From: a bacterium
Lineage (GTDB): Bacteria > Myxococcota > UBA727 > JAUIJE01
NCBI GenBank assembly: GCA_030431455.1
Contig: JAUIJE010000002.1
Location: forward strand, 193,294 to 257,293
DNA length: 64,000 nt
Reading direction: 5' to 3'
The position numbers and the translations under genes are program-made. This document shows, piece after piece, positions 46,310 to 54,978 of the stretch (position 1 is its first letter; every line of letters starts with the position of its first letter). The notes beneath the pieces are model-generated. The model was not told the origin of the DNA. It saw nothing but the letters and a program-made list of their open reading frames with translations, and searched no databases.

Positions 46310-46597
46310 ATGATGAACGACACGTCCGCATTCCACTCCGCCACCCGGCTGTCCGGGGCGTTGGCTTTCGAGGCGCTGCGCGAGCGTGGCTGGTCGGCCG
46401 AAGACCTGGTGCTGTTCACCACCGCCGTGCGCGGGGTGGAGATCGAGCCCAACGACGACCACACTGGCGTGCACGTCACGCTGCAGTGGGACCAAGAAGC
46501 CGAGGTCGATCGCGACCTGTTCGACAAGATCGGCCAAGACGACCTGCCGCTCTTTTTCTGCGCGTTCACCGGCCGGCGCGAGCCGCCCCAAGCCTGA
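46310..46597 (+). CDS. Hypothetical protein (95 aa)
   Basis: The start MMNDTSAFHS lies 50 bp downstream of the palindrome copy. Confidence 0.45.
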   Translation: MMNDTSAFHSATRLSGALAFEALRERGWSAEDLVLFTTAVRGVEIEPNDDHTGVHVTLQWDQEAEVDRDLFDKIGQDDLPLFFCAFTGRREPPQA

Positions 46598-46651
46598 GAC
46601 CGCCACCCGGCTGAGGCCGCCCTGGGCGCCCCGGCAGGGCCGGGCCGCGGG

Positions 46652-47176
46652 TCATCGACGCCACAAGAGCGAGCTCACCACCCGGCGGCCGGTCACGTCC
46701 ACGTTAGAACCATTTTCTAGAAGGGCGGCGCCCCCCGGGTTCAGGGCCCGGCGGCGCTCGTGGCAAGACAGGCACGCCCCGGTGATGGTCCCGACCAAAA
46801 AGTAATCGGGGGGGTCGCCGGCGGCCGCCACCCGCGCCTCCGCCAAGCGGTCGCGCAGCTGGTCGAGGTACCGGTCGAACAGCGGGTGGTTGGACACCGC
46901 CTCGCCCCGCAACGCGAGCTCCGCGGCGGCCTCCTCCATCTTTTTGAGGGTGCTGAGCACCGTGGCCTGGGTCGTGGCGTCGCGCGGCCCGGCCAAGGTC
47001 TCGTCGAGCACCTGGACCCCATCGGCCAGCCGGTCCATGGTGTCTAGAATTTCATTCTGGTCGTAGTAGCGAAACTGCGGGCCGTAAAAGGTCGCCCGGG
47101 CCGCGCCCTCGGTGGCGCAGCCCGACAAAAGCGCACCGCCCACCAACACCCCCACCATCGACAGCCGAATCCACAT
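46652..47176 (-). CDS. Cytochrome c'-like (class II) haem lipoprotein
   Basis: It has a lipobox (LLSGC) and a single C-terminal CxxCH (CLSCH) in a helical protein, which is the typical cytochrome c' architecture. Confidence 0.7.
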   Translation of the reverse strand: MWIRLSMVGVLVGGALLSGCATEGAARATFYGPQFRYYDQNEILDTMDRLADGVQVLDETLAGPRDATTQATVLSTLKKMEEAAAELALRGEAVSNHPLFDRYLDQLRDRLAEARVAAAGDPPDYFLVGTITGACLSCHERRRALNPGGAALLENGSNVDVTGRRVVSSLLWRR

Positions 47177-47190
47177 GGTCTGGTCCTTTC

Positions 47191-47649
47191 CTAGGCCGCG
47201 GCCACCTGCCCGGTCTGGTCGACCATCCGCAGCAAGAACCGAAACGGCAGGGTCTTTTTTTCGCGGTTGTCATCGATGAGCAAGGTCAAAAGGTCGGTCG
47301 ACGTCACCAGGCCGACCAAGCGGTCGCTGGGCCCCAGGATCGGAATCGCGTCGATCTTGTGTTCGACCATGGTCGCGGCCAACGACGACACGCTCGTGTC
47401 CGGCGTCGCGGTCAGGGGGCACAGGCTCATGGCATCGGCCACGAACACATCCGCGACCGCCCGCCCGTCGTCGTCGATGTCGGTGCGCAACAGGATGTCG
47501 CGGTCGGACACGATGCCGACCAGGCGGTCGCCTTGCAGCACCGGCAGGTGGCGCACGTTCTCCCGGCGCATCAACGCATCCGCCACCCGCAGCGAAAGCG
47601 CAGGGGGCACGGTCAGCACGTGTCGGGTCATGGTCGCGTCGGCTCGCAT
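47191..47649 (-). CDS. CBS-domain protein
   Basis: It has tandem CBS motifs (HLPVL..LVGIVSDRDI; IPIL...LVGLVTSTDL). Confidence 0.8.
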   Translation of the reverse strand: MRADATMTRHVLTVPPALSLRVADALMRRENVRHLPVLQGDRLVGIVSDRDILLRTDIDDDGRAVADVFVADAMSLCPLTATPDTSVSSLAATMVEHKIDAIPILGPSDRLVGLVTSTDLLTLLIDDNREKKTLPFRFLLRMVDQTGQVAAA

Positions 47650-47775
47650 CGGCACCTCCGCCCCTCCCCATGGCAAGTATTGCGCCCGCGCCGGGTCGCG
47701 TCCTGGCCGCGATCGCCGCGACCCGGTGGGCGGCCTCGCCCGGTTCTTGGCCCCCCGCTGGGCCGGTTGGCCCGG

Positions 47776-49680
47776 CTAGGGGCGCAGGGTCGAAAAGCCC
47801 GCCGCCTCCCGCACAAACTCGCTCCCCCGCGCGGCTTTGGACAGGTACAGCCGGTGGTGTTCGATTTTGCGGTGGTCGGACGCGCGCAGGTACAGGTCGA
47901 GCGCGTCGTCCCCGTCGAGGTCACCGGCCCAGACCAGGACCGCCTCGGCCCCGTCGCCCTCGGGCGCGTAAAAGAGCGTCTGGCGGGTGCGGTCGATCTT
48001 GAGCGTGACCCGCAGCCCCCCGCCGTCGTGGGGCACGGCCTTGAGCTCGGCGGTGCTGTCCCCGAACGCGAGCGTGACCGGCGCCCCCGCGGACAGCGGC
48101 TGACCGAGCGCGGCCGCAGGCCGGACCTCGGCCGCGCGCACCGGCCCCGGCGCGAACTGCAGCGCCCCGGTGAACAACAACGTGGCCGGACAAGGCGCCT
48201 CGATGCGGACCGCGGGGCCGCGGTCGCCGGCGACCTCGGTCTGGTCGACGTGCACGCGGCGCAGGCCGCCGTCGCAGAGCGCGAGCGCGGAGTCGACCGC
48301 GGGGAGCGCTTCGGTCTCGGCGCGCACGAACGTCCCGGGGACAAACACCGCGCCCGGGTTGGTCACCCGGCGCGCCCGAAACAGCGCCTGGTCCGCGGCG
48401 CGGGCTTGTTGCTGCGCGTCGGTGAGGCCCGTTTTTGTCAGCTGTTGTTCGTGGGCCAGGCAACGGCCGGCGGCCAGCGTGCGCACCAACCGGCGGGCCG
48501 GGTCCTGGTCCATGCCGGGCCAGAGGTGGAGGCCACGCCGCGCGCCGCCAGGCTGGGACAAGGCCTGGCGTGCGCCGCCGCCGGGCACCCACGCGGCGAA
48601 CACCCGGTCCGGGCCGCAGCGGAGCCGAAACCGCCGCAGGGCGAGCATCCGCGTGTCGCTGACCGCGTCGAGGGTGCAGGCGGCGGGGGCGCCGCGATTT
48701 TTCGGCAGCTTGGCCCAGGTCTCCGCCACCGCTTGGGCAAAGGGACTGTCCGCGGGGCTCACCTCGAGCCGCGCGGGCAAGGCATCGCGGCAGGTGCGCG
48801 GCAACGAAAAGGCATGGGGGCCGAGGCCGGCGGCCTCCGCCCCGGTGAGTTCGCGCGTGTTCTGCAGGGCGCGCGCCCCGTCGTACAAGATGCGCGCGTC
48901 GCCGCCGGGCTGGCGCACGATGTCGGTGACCGGCCGGGTGTCGCCGGCGGTGCCCTGGCCCGAGAGCGCGGCGAGCGCGGCCTCGACGTTGTTTTCGCCC
49001 GCGGCCAGGGCGGTGATGGTGCGGCCCGAGCGGACCTCGACCGCCCGGGCCACGGTGGCCGCGCCTTGTTCGTGGTGAAAGACCGTCCAGTCCTTGTTCA
49101 GCTCGGTCCAGCGGTGGTTGTGCACATAGAGCACGACCTCGACCCCGGCCTCGCGCATCATGTCGGCGAAGACCGCGTCGACCACCTGCCCGCGGCACAG
49201 CCACCGCTCCTCGTCGCGCAGGCCCGCTTGCCAGTCCGCGCCTTGCGCGCCGAACCCCGACCAGTCGTCGCACGCGGCCTCGCCCTCGCGCCAGATGGCC
49301 CGCTGCCGGTCGGTGAAATCCTCGGGCAACGTCGCGAGCACGTCGGGGAGCGCGCGCAGCCGGCGCAGGCCCTCCCGGCGGCGCGACAGGTCCTGCACGC
49401 TCACCCCCCGGTCGACAAGACCGCGGAAGATGCCGGTGGCCGGGTAGGTGCCCTCCTGCCAGGCGGGCTCGTTGCTGAGGGCGGTGCGCGACTGCGACCG
49501 CTGGGTCTCGGCGTGCTCCTGCACCACCAAGGCGATGCGACCAGAACGATTTTCTAGTCCACGGGACGCGGCCCGCTGTGGGCCCAGACAGCCGGCCACG
49601 GCGACCCAGACCGCCAGGCACGCGGACAAGGCCCCCCAGGACGCGGGGCGGGGGGCGGGGGAATGGAAAGAGTCATTCAT
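47776..49680 (-). CDS. Large lipoprotein, hypothetical
   Basis: It has a lipobox (VAVAGC). The start ATG overlaps the end of the perfect 20-bp palindrome. Confidence 0.75.
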   Translation of the reverse strand: MNDSFHSPAPRPASWGALSACLAVWVAVAGCLGPQRAASRGLENRSGRIALVVQEHAETQRSQSRTALSNEPAWQEGTYPATGIFRGLVDRGVSVQDLSRRREGLRRLRALPDVLATLPEDFTDRQRAIWREGEAACDDWSGFGAQGADWQAGLRDEERWLCRGQVVDAVFADMMREAGVEVVLYVHNHRWTELNKDWTVFHHEQGAATVARAVEVRSGRTITALAAGENNVEAALAALSGQGTAGDTRPVTDIVRQPGGDARILYDGARALQNTRELTGAEAAGLGPHAFSLPRTCRDALPARLEVSPADSPFAQAVAETWAKLPKNRGAPAACTLDAVSDTRMLALRRFRLRCGPDRVFAAWVPGGGARQALSQPGGARRGLHLWPGMDQDPARRLVRTLAAGRCLAHEQQLTKTGLTDAQQQARAADQALFRARRVTNPGAVFVPGTFVRAETEALPAVDSALALCDGGLRRVHVDQTEVAGDRGPAVRIEAPCPATLLFTGALQFAPGPVRAAEVRPAAALGQPLSAGAPVTLAFGDSTAELKAVPHDGGGLRVTLKIDRTRQTLFYAPEGDGAEAVLVWAGDLDGDDALDLYLRASDHRKIEHHRLYLSKAARGSEFVREAAGFSTLRP

Positions 49681-49698
49681 AAACGAGCGCTCGTTTAT
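49679..49698. promoter_or_regulatory. Perfect 20-bp palindrome ATAAACGAGCGCTCGTTTAT, copy 2
   Basis: It is perfectly self-complementary. Its last two bases form the AT of the start codon of the 634-aa lipoprotein gene. Confidence 0.45.
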
Positions 49699-49765
49699 TC
49701 AGGGAAACAAGGGGCGGGGCCACAGGGCCGGCGGCACGCGGGCAACACGCCGGTGCAACGGCTGG

Positions 49766-50776
49766 TCAGCTGCTTTTGGCCAGGGCGGCGCGGGCCGCGG
49801 ACGGGCTTTGGCCGGTCCAGCGCTTGTACGCCCGGGAAAAGGCGGTGGCGTCGCTGTAGCCGAGCAAAAACGCGATGTCGGTGAAGCTGAGCGTGGGCTC
49901 TTGCAGGTACCCCGCGGAGAGCTCCTGGCGCACCGCCTCGACAAGCTCTTGGTGGACCAGACCCTCGGCCTTGAGCCGGCGCTGCAACGTGCGGGGGCTG
50001 AGCTGCAGCCGGGTCGCGACCGCGTCCAGACCGGGGTCGTCGGCCAGCAGCTGAATGATCGCGGACTTGGCCCGGGTCCCGAAGTCGTCCTGGGGCAGGG
50101 CCGCGATCATCTTTTGCGCGGTCTGATCGAGCCGCTCGGACAGCGCCGCGTCGGGGGGATGGACCTGCACCCGCATGACCTCGGGGCTGACCACCAGCGC
50201 GCTCTCCACCGCGCCGGTGCGCACGGTGACCCCGTCGAACACGTCGGGCACCGGCTTGCCCTCGACCGCCGGCTCGGTGAGCCAGACCGTGCTCAGGGTG
50301 AACTGCTGGTCGGTCATCGCTTGGGCCGCCCGGTACACCGCCGCGAGGAGGAAGTGCACCGACACCGCGTGGGGCTCTGCCCCCGGGCGTTTGCGCACCC
50401 CGGCGAGATAACTGCCCTCGGGGGTCTCGGCGGTGAAGAACACCCCGGTCTGGTTGACCAGCTGCAGATACCGGCCGAACCGCTTGAGCCCGTCGCGCAC
50501 GTTGGCGCTCGCCCCGCACGCGTAGCGCACCACCCCCACCGCCCCCTGGTCGAGGGCGGCCGCGGCCCCGAGGCGCAGGCCGATCCAAGGATCGCCCGAG
50601 TCGCGCTCGAGGGCGTTGCACACCGTGCGCAACACCCCGGTGTCGAAGCGCTGGTTGACGAGCTCGGCCGACATCGCCAGGCCGGCCTCGTCGAGGATCT
50701 TGGCCCCGTCGAGCCCGAGGGCCCCCGCGGTCACACCGAGCTGCAGCAAATACGAACCGTCGACGGTTGAGGTCAC
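49766..50776 (-). CDS. AraC-family transcriptional regulator
   Basis: It has a C-terminal AraC-type HTH (FTDIAFLLGYSDATAFSRAYKRWTGQSP). Confidence 0.88.
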   Translation of the reverse strand: MTSTVDGSYLLQLGVTAGALGLDGAKILDEAGLAMSAELVNQRFDTGVLRTVCNALERDSGDPWIGLRLGAAAALDQGAVGVVRYACGASANVRDGLKRFGRYLQLVNQTGVFFTAETPEGSYLAGVRKRPGAEPHAVSVHFLLAAVYRAAQAMTDQQFTLSTVWLTEPAVEGKPVPDVFDGVTVRTGAVESALVVSPEVMRVQVHPPDAALSERLDQTAQKMIAALPQDDFGTRAKSAIIQLLADDPGLDAVATRLQLSPRTLQRRLKAEGLVHQELVEAVRQELSAGYLQEPTLSFTDIAFLLGYSDATAFSRAYKRWTGQSPSAARAALAKSS

Positions 50777-50900
50777 GCCCCACCACCCCCCAACTGACCG
50801 GCAAGGTCGGGGGAAAAATGTCGCGTTTTGCCGCGGCGTGCAACGTCGGACAGCGGCGCGGCTGGTTGCGCGGGGGCAGCAGATTTTTCATACCCCTCCT

Positions 50901-51563
50901 GTGCGGTGGTTGTTTGTTCTGGTGGTGCTGAGCGTGGCCGGCGGGGGCTGCCGCGAACACGTCAACCGTTTGCCCGAAAACGCCCACTTGCTCGCCCGCC
51001 TGGCCCTGGTCGAAGGCGACGCCCCGTTCCCGGTGGCGTCGTTGGGCTCGACCATGAACGACAACAGCTCGCCCTTCGCCGACCCCTACAACCCGCCCGA
51101 CACCTCGGTGTCGATGAGCGAAGCGGTGATGCTCGACGTGCTCGAGCGGGCCACGCCGCCCCGGCAGGTGCAGCGGTGGTTCGCGGATGCCTTCTCGCAG
51201 GCATTGTTGGACAATTTCAGAGATATCAAACTGGTGGGCGAGGACGCCTGCGACGCCCGGCTGCTCGTCGAGATCACCAGCTACGGGGTGTTCGCCGCCA
51301 CCAGCCAATCGACCCCCGAGCTGCAGATCACGGTCACCGGGCGCATGGTGAGCTGTGAAGGCGAAAACGGGCTCTGGCAGTTCACCTTCACCAAAGCCGA
51401 GGCCCTGCCCCGCTCGGTCGCGCGCCTCGGGTTTGCCCTGCCCCAGAGCAACGCGGGCCCGAGCCTGGTCGACGAGGACGTGGCCTACATCGTCGAGCGG
51501 TTGGCCACCGGGGCCGCGGTCAAGCTCGCGCAACAGATGCGCGACGACGCGGCCGGGCTCTGA
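50901..51563 (+). CDS. Lipoprotein, hypothetical
   Basis: It has a GTG start and a lipobox (LSVAGGGC). The start assignment is uncertain. Confidence 0.5.
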   Translation: MRWLFVLVVLSVAGGGCREHVNRLPENAHLLARLALVEGDAPFPVASLGSTMNDNSSPFADPYNPPDTSVSMSEAVMLDVLERATPPRQVQRWFADAFSQALLDNFRDIKLVGEDACDARLLVEITSYGVFAATSQSTPELQITVTGRMVSCEGENGLWQFTFTKAEALPRSVARLGFALPQSNAGPSLVDEDVAYIVERLATGAAVKLAQQMRDDAAGL

Positions 51564-51648
51564 GCCGCACAATCCATCTTGGGCCCGGCGCGCGCTTGGG
51601 CTAGAGCGGCCCGGTCGGCGCATCGCCGCCCCTCACGACGAGACCCAC

Positions 51649-52392
51649 ATGTCCAGCCTTCTCCAAGCCATCTCCCAAGAACTCGGCGGCGACTCGCTGA
51701 AAAGCATCGCCCAGGCCATCGGCGCCCCCGAGGACAAGACCCAAAGCGCGATCAGCGCGGCCCTGCCCGCCCTCGTCGGGGGCTTGGCCCAAAACGCCAA
51801 GACCGACGACGGGGCGCAAGGCCTGGCCCAGGCCCTGGAGCGCGACCACCAACAGCCGTTCGGCGATGTGCTCGGCAGCGCAGCTTCATTGCTGGGCGGC
51901 GGCGGTGGCGGCGGCATGCTCGGCGCGGCCCTGGGCGCGCTCGGCGGTGGCGGTCAGGAATCGAGCGGGGGGGGCGGCGGGCTCGGCTCGTTGCTCGGCG
52001 CGGCCGCGGGCCTGATGGGCGACGGCCCCGGCCAGCCGCCCAAGGCCCTCGACGGCCTCGGCATCCTGGGCCACATCTTTGGCGGCCAACAAAGCGGCGT
52101 CGAACAAGGCGTGGCCAAAGCGTCCGGCCTCGACGTGGGCGTCATCAAAAAGTTGCTGCCGCTGCTCGCGCCGTTGGTGATGAGCGCGCTCGGGTCGCTC
52201 AAAAAGGACCGCAACCTCGACGCCCAGGGCGTGAGCGGCCTGCTCCAAGAAGAGCAGCAACAGCTCAGCGACCAGTCGCCGGGGGGCGGCATCCTCGACG
52301 CGCTGGACAAAGACGGGGACGGCCTCGGCGACGACCTCTTGCGCATCGGGGGCGGCCTCGCCCAAAGCGGCCTGCTCAAGAGCCTGTTCTGA
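51649..52392 (+). CDS. Gly-rich protein, DUF937-like
   Basis: It has repeated LGG/GGGG low-complexity blocks between helical segments. The upstream part of the ORF-track call was rejected on composition. Confidence 0.6.
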   Translation: MSSLLQAISQELGGDSLKSIAQAIGAPEDKTQSAISAALPALVGGLAQNAKTDDGAQGLAQALERDHQQPFGDVLGSAASLLGGGGGGGMLGAALGALGGGGQESSGGGGGLGSLLGAAAGLMGDGPGQPPKALDGLGILGHIFGGQQSGVEQGVAKASGLDVGVIKKLLPLLAPLVMSALGSLKKDRNLDAQGVSGLLQEEQQQLSDQSPGGGILDALDKDGDGLGDDLLRIGGGLAQSGLLKSLF

Positions 52393-52416
52393 CCTCCCCG
52401 CAAGGGGTGCCACACA

Positions 52417-52755
52417 TCAAATGCAGCTGCATTGGCCCTGGGCCGCTTTGGCCCGCAGCTTGGTCACCGCCCGGGCCATCTGCAATGACCACAGGCCAAA
52501 GCCGCTCGCGGCGATCGCCACCTGAACGAGGCTGCGCGGCTGGAGCTCGCCGACGAGCACCAACAGGGCATAGCCGGCGGCGAGGTTCAGCAGGGCGTAC
52601 AGGGTGTTCACCACCGGGGACGAGAGCCCGCGAAACGGCGGGCGCGCAAACGGCGTGGGAAACCGCGTGCCCGACCCGCCGGCCACCGCGTGGGGCAGGA
52701 AGTTGGCCAAGAACAGCCCGCCGAAAAAGAGCGCCACCCCGTGGGCAAAGTCCAT
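52417..52755 (-). CDS. Small integral membrane protein, hypothetical
   Basis: It has three predicted TM helices, counted from MDFAHGV. Confidence 0.45.
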   Translation of the reverse strand: MDFAHGVALFFGGLFLANFLPHAVAGGSGTRFPTPFARPPFRGLSSPVVNTLYALLNLAAGYALLVLVGELQPRSLVQVAIAASGFGLWSLQMARAVTKLRAKAAQGQCSCI

Positions 52756-52770
52756 GGTTCGCCTTTCGTT

Positions 52771-52789
52771 TGGCAACCGTGAGTTGCCA
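52771..52789. promoter_or_regulatory. Inverted repeat TGGCAAC-N5-GTTGCCA, a candidate TetR operator
   Basis: It has perfect 7-bp arms and lies between a divergent membrane-protein gene and the TetR gene. Confidence 0.4.
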
Positions 52790-52870
52790 TCTGTGGTGAG
52801 CATAATGGCGTGGCGGACAAGAAGGCAACTCCCCGTCGCCATCTTGCCGCGGGCCTGCTAGCCTCGACCG

Positions 52871-53479
52871 ATGGCGGGCACGCGACGCACCCAAGGCATC
52901 CTCGGCGGCCGCAGCGACGACGTGGTCGAACGCGTGCTCGAGGCCGCGCTCGCGGAGGTCGCCCGCGCGGGCTACGCGGGGTTTCGAATCGCGGACGTGG
53001 CCACCCAGGCGAACGTGCACAAGACCACGATTTACCGGCGTTGGCCGGACCGCGCGGCGTTGGTCGGGGCCGTCGTGGACCGCATGCGCCAGCCGATCGA
53101 ACAGACCCCGCTGCCCGACACCGGCGCGCTCGAGACCGACCTTTTGGAAGCCTTTTCGCGGCGGGCGACCTTTGGGCGCAAACGCGAAGGCCAAGCCTGG
53201 GCCATGCTGCTCGCCGAGCGGCACAGCGAAGAGGTCAGCGCACTCATCGGCCACACCGTGTTTGCTCGCCGCGACGCGTGGCACGCGATGATCGAGCGCG
53301 CCGCCGACCGGGGCGAGATACCGCGCGACACCGACGGGCCGCGGGTGCTGCATCTCATCCGGGCGCTGGTCGATGCCCAGCCCGGCGATGCCGCGTGGTT
53401 GGGCGTCGCGGTGCGCACGGTGCTCGCCGGCGTGCGCGCGGGCACGGTGCTGCGCGAGACCGGACCCGCCGCGCGCTAG
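52871..53479 (+). CDS. TetR-family transcriptional regulator
   Basis: It has an N-terminal TetR HTH (FRIADVATQANVHKTTIYRRWPDR). Confidence 0.88.
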   Translation: MAGTRRTQGILGGRSDDVVERVLEAALAEVARAGYAGFRIADVATQANVHKTTIYRRWPDRAALVGAVVDRMRQPIEQTPLPDTGALETDLLEAFSRRATFGRKREGQAWAMLLAERHSEEVSALIGHTVFARRDAWHAMIERAADRGEIPRDTDGPRVLHLIRALVDAQPGDAAWLGVAVRTVLAGVRAGTVLRETGPAAR

Positions 53480-54045
53480 CCCGGGTCGGTGAGCACGCCC
53501 TCGAGCAACAGCGTCGCGAGCCTGCGCGCGCGCGCGGGGCCGACCTTGGCCACCGCCCCCTTGAGCGTGATGAAGTCCTCTTCGGTGAAGTCGGGACGCA
53601 ATGTTCCTGCTTCGATGCCCGCGCGTACGAGGGGGCCCACCGCCTCTTGCACGAGGGCGTTGCTGCGCGAGATCGAGGCCGGGCCCTCCGCGTCCACCAT
53701 CGCGCGCAACGCGCTCGACAGGCCGGTGTTGGTCGTGACCTCCTCGACGAACAGGTCCAAAAACCGGCGCAACGCGACGTCGGGTGCATGCGCGCGCAGC
53801 AACCCGTCCGCCTGCTCACAGATGCGGGTCATGCGGTCGCGGTGCGCGGCCTCGAGCAGATGGGCGCGGGTGGGGAAGTGCCGGTAGAGCGTGCCGATCC
53901 CGACCCCGGCGTCTTTGGCGATGCCCTCGAGCGATGCCTGCGGGTCCTGGCCAAACGCCGCGTGGGCCGCGGCGAGGATTTTGCCGCGATTGCGCTGGGC
54001 GTCGCGACGCTTTGGTTTGTCCGCGGGACGGGTCATGCTTGACAA
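53476..54045 (-). CDS. TetR-family transcriptional regulator
   Basis: It has a TetR HTH (LEGIAKDAGVGIGTLYRHFPTR). Confidence 0.88.
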   Translation of the reverse strand: MSSMTRPADKPKRRDAQRNRGKILAAAHAAFGQDPQASLEGIAKDAGVGIGTLYRHFPTRAHLLEAAHRDRMTRICEQADGLLRAHAPDVALRRFLDLFVEEVTTNTGLSSALRAMVDAEGPASISRSNALVQEAVGPLVRAGIEAGTLRPDFTEEDFITLKGAVAKVGPARARRLATLLLEGVLTDPG

Positions 54046-54046
54046 C

Positions 54047-54089
54047 CGGAGGGCCCTCCGTTTATTTCAGAAAAGCGGAGGTGCCTCCG
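54047..54089. promoter_or_regulatory. Two palindromic operator candidates, CGGAGGGCCCTCCG and CGGAGG-TG-CCTCCG
   Basis: The first is a perfect 14-bp palindrome at 54047..54060. The second has 6-bp perfect arms at 54076..54089. Both sit in the 63-bp divergent region between the TetR and aldo/keto reductase genes. Confidence 0.45.
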
Positions 54090-54108
54090 TTCAGGAAGGA
54101 TAGCAGAC

Positions 54109-54957
54109 ATGCCCGATACGTTTCGCCTGGGCCAAGACTTGGTGGTGCGCCGTTTGGGATTTGGCGCCATGCGGCTTCCGACCGCAGGCTGGTTTGGACC
54201 GGCCCGCGATCCCGAGACCGGCCGCGCCGTGTTGCGCCGGGCCATCGCCCGCGGGGTGAACCACATCGACACCGCCGCGTTTTACCAGAGCGGCGACGGC
54301 AGCGTGCGCGCCAACGACCTCATCCGGGAGGCCCTTGCCCCCTATCCGGGGTTGGTCATCGCGACCAAGGTCGGTCCCACCCTCGGGCCGGACGGCCTCG
54401 CCCCGGGAGGGCCCGAGGACCTGCGGCCCGCGGTCGAGGAGAACCTCGCGATGTTGGGCCTCGACCGATTGGACCTCGTCTACCTGCGCATCGGGCACAT
54501 GGGCGTGCCCCACGGTGAGTCCCTGGGCAAACGCTTCGAAGTGTTGGCCCGGCTGCGCGACGAGGGTCTCATCCGCCACCTGGGGGTGAGCAACATCGAC
54601 ACGGGGCAGCTCGCGGAGGCGCGTTCGATCGCGCCCGTGGTCGCGGTGCAGAACCATTTTCACCCTGGTCACCAGGACGACCGCGCCCTGCTCGACACCT
54701 GCGCGGCCGCGGGCATCGCGTTTGTGCCGTACTTCCCGCTCGGGGGTGGCCGGGGTGACCCGCCCGCGCGGCTCGCGGAGGTCGCCGCCCGCCACGAGGC
54801 ATCCCCCGCCCAGGTCGCGCTCGCCTGGCTTCTGGCCCTCGCGCCGGTGACCCTGGCGATCCCGGGCACGGGGTCTTTGGCCCACCTCGACGAGAATCTC
54901 GACGCGGATGCGCTCACCCTCACCGCCCAGGACCTGGCGGACCTCGGCGACGGGTGA
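54109..54957 (+). CDS. Aldo/keto reductase
   Basis: It has AKR family motifs (GAMRL, NHIDTA, the LVYLRIGH-like, HLGVSN). Confidence 0.9.
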   Translation: MPDTFRLGQDLVVRRLGFGAMRLPTAGWFGPARDPETGRAVLRRAIARGVNHIDTAAFYQSGDGSVRANDLIREALAPYPGLVIATKVGPTLGPDGLAPGGPEDLRPAVEENLAMLGLDRLDLVYLRIGHMGVPHGESLGKRFEVLARLRDEGLIRHLGVSNIDTGQLAEARSIAPVVAVQNHFHPGHQDDRALLDTCAAAGIAFVPYFPLGGGRGDPPARLAEVAARHEASPAQVALAWLLALAPVTLAIPGTGSLAHLDENLDADALTLTAQDLADLGDG

Positions 54958-54978
54958 GCGGGGCCGTCCTGCCCAATG

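Noticed and set aside
46241-49698. MITE or IS terminal repeats for the duplicated palindrome
   Set aside because: There is no transposase, no target-site duplication and only two copies. The palindrome is internally symmetric rather than forming a pair of inverted ends.
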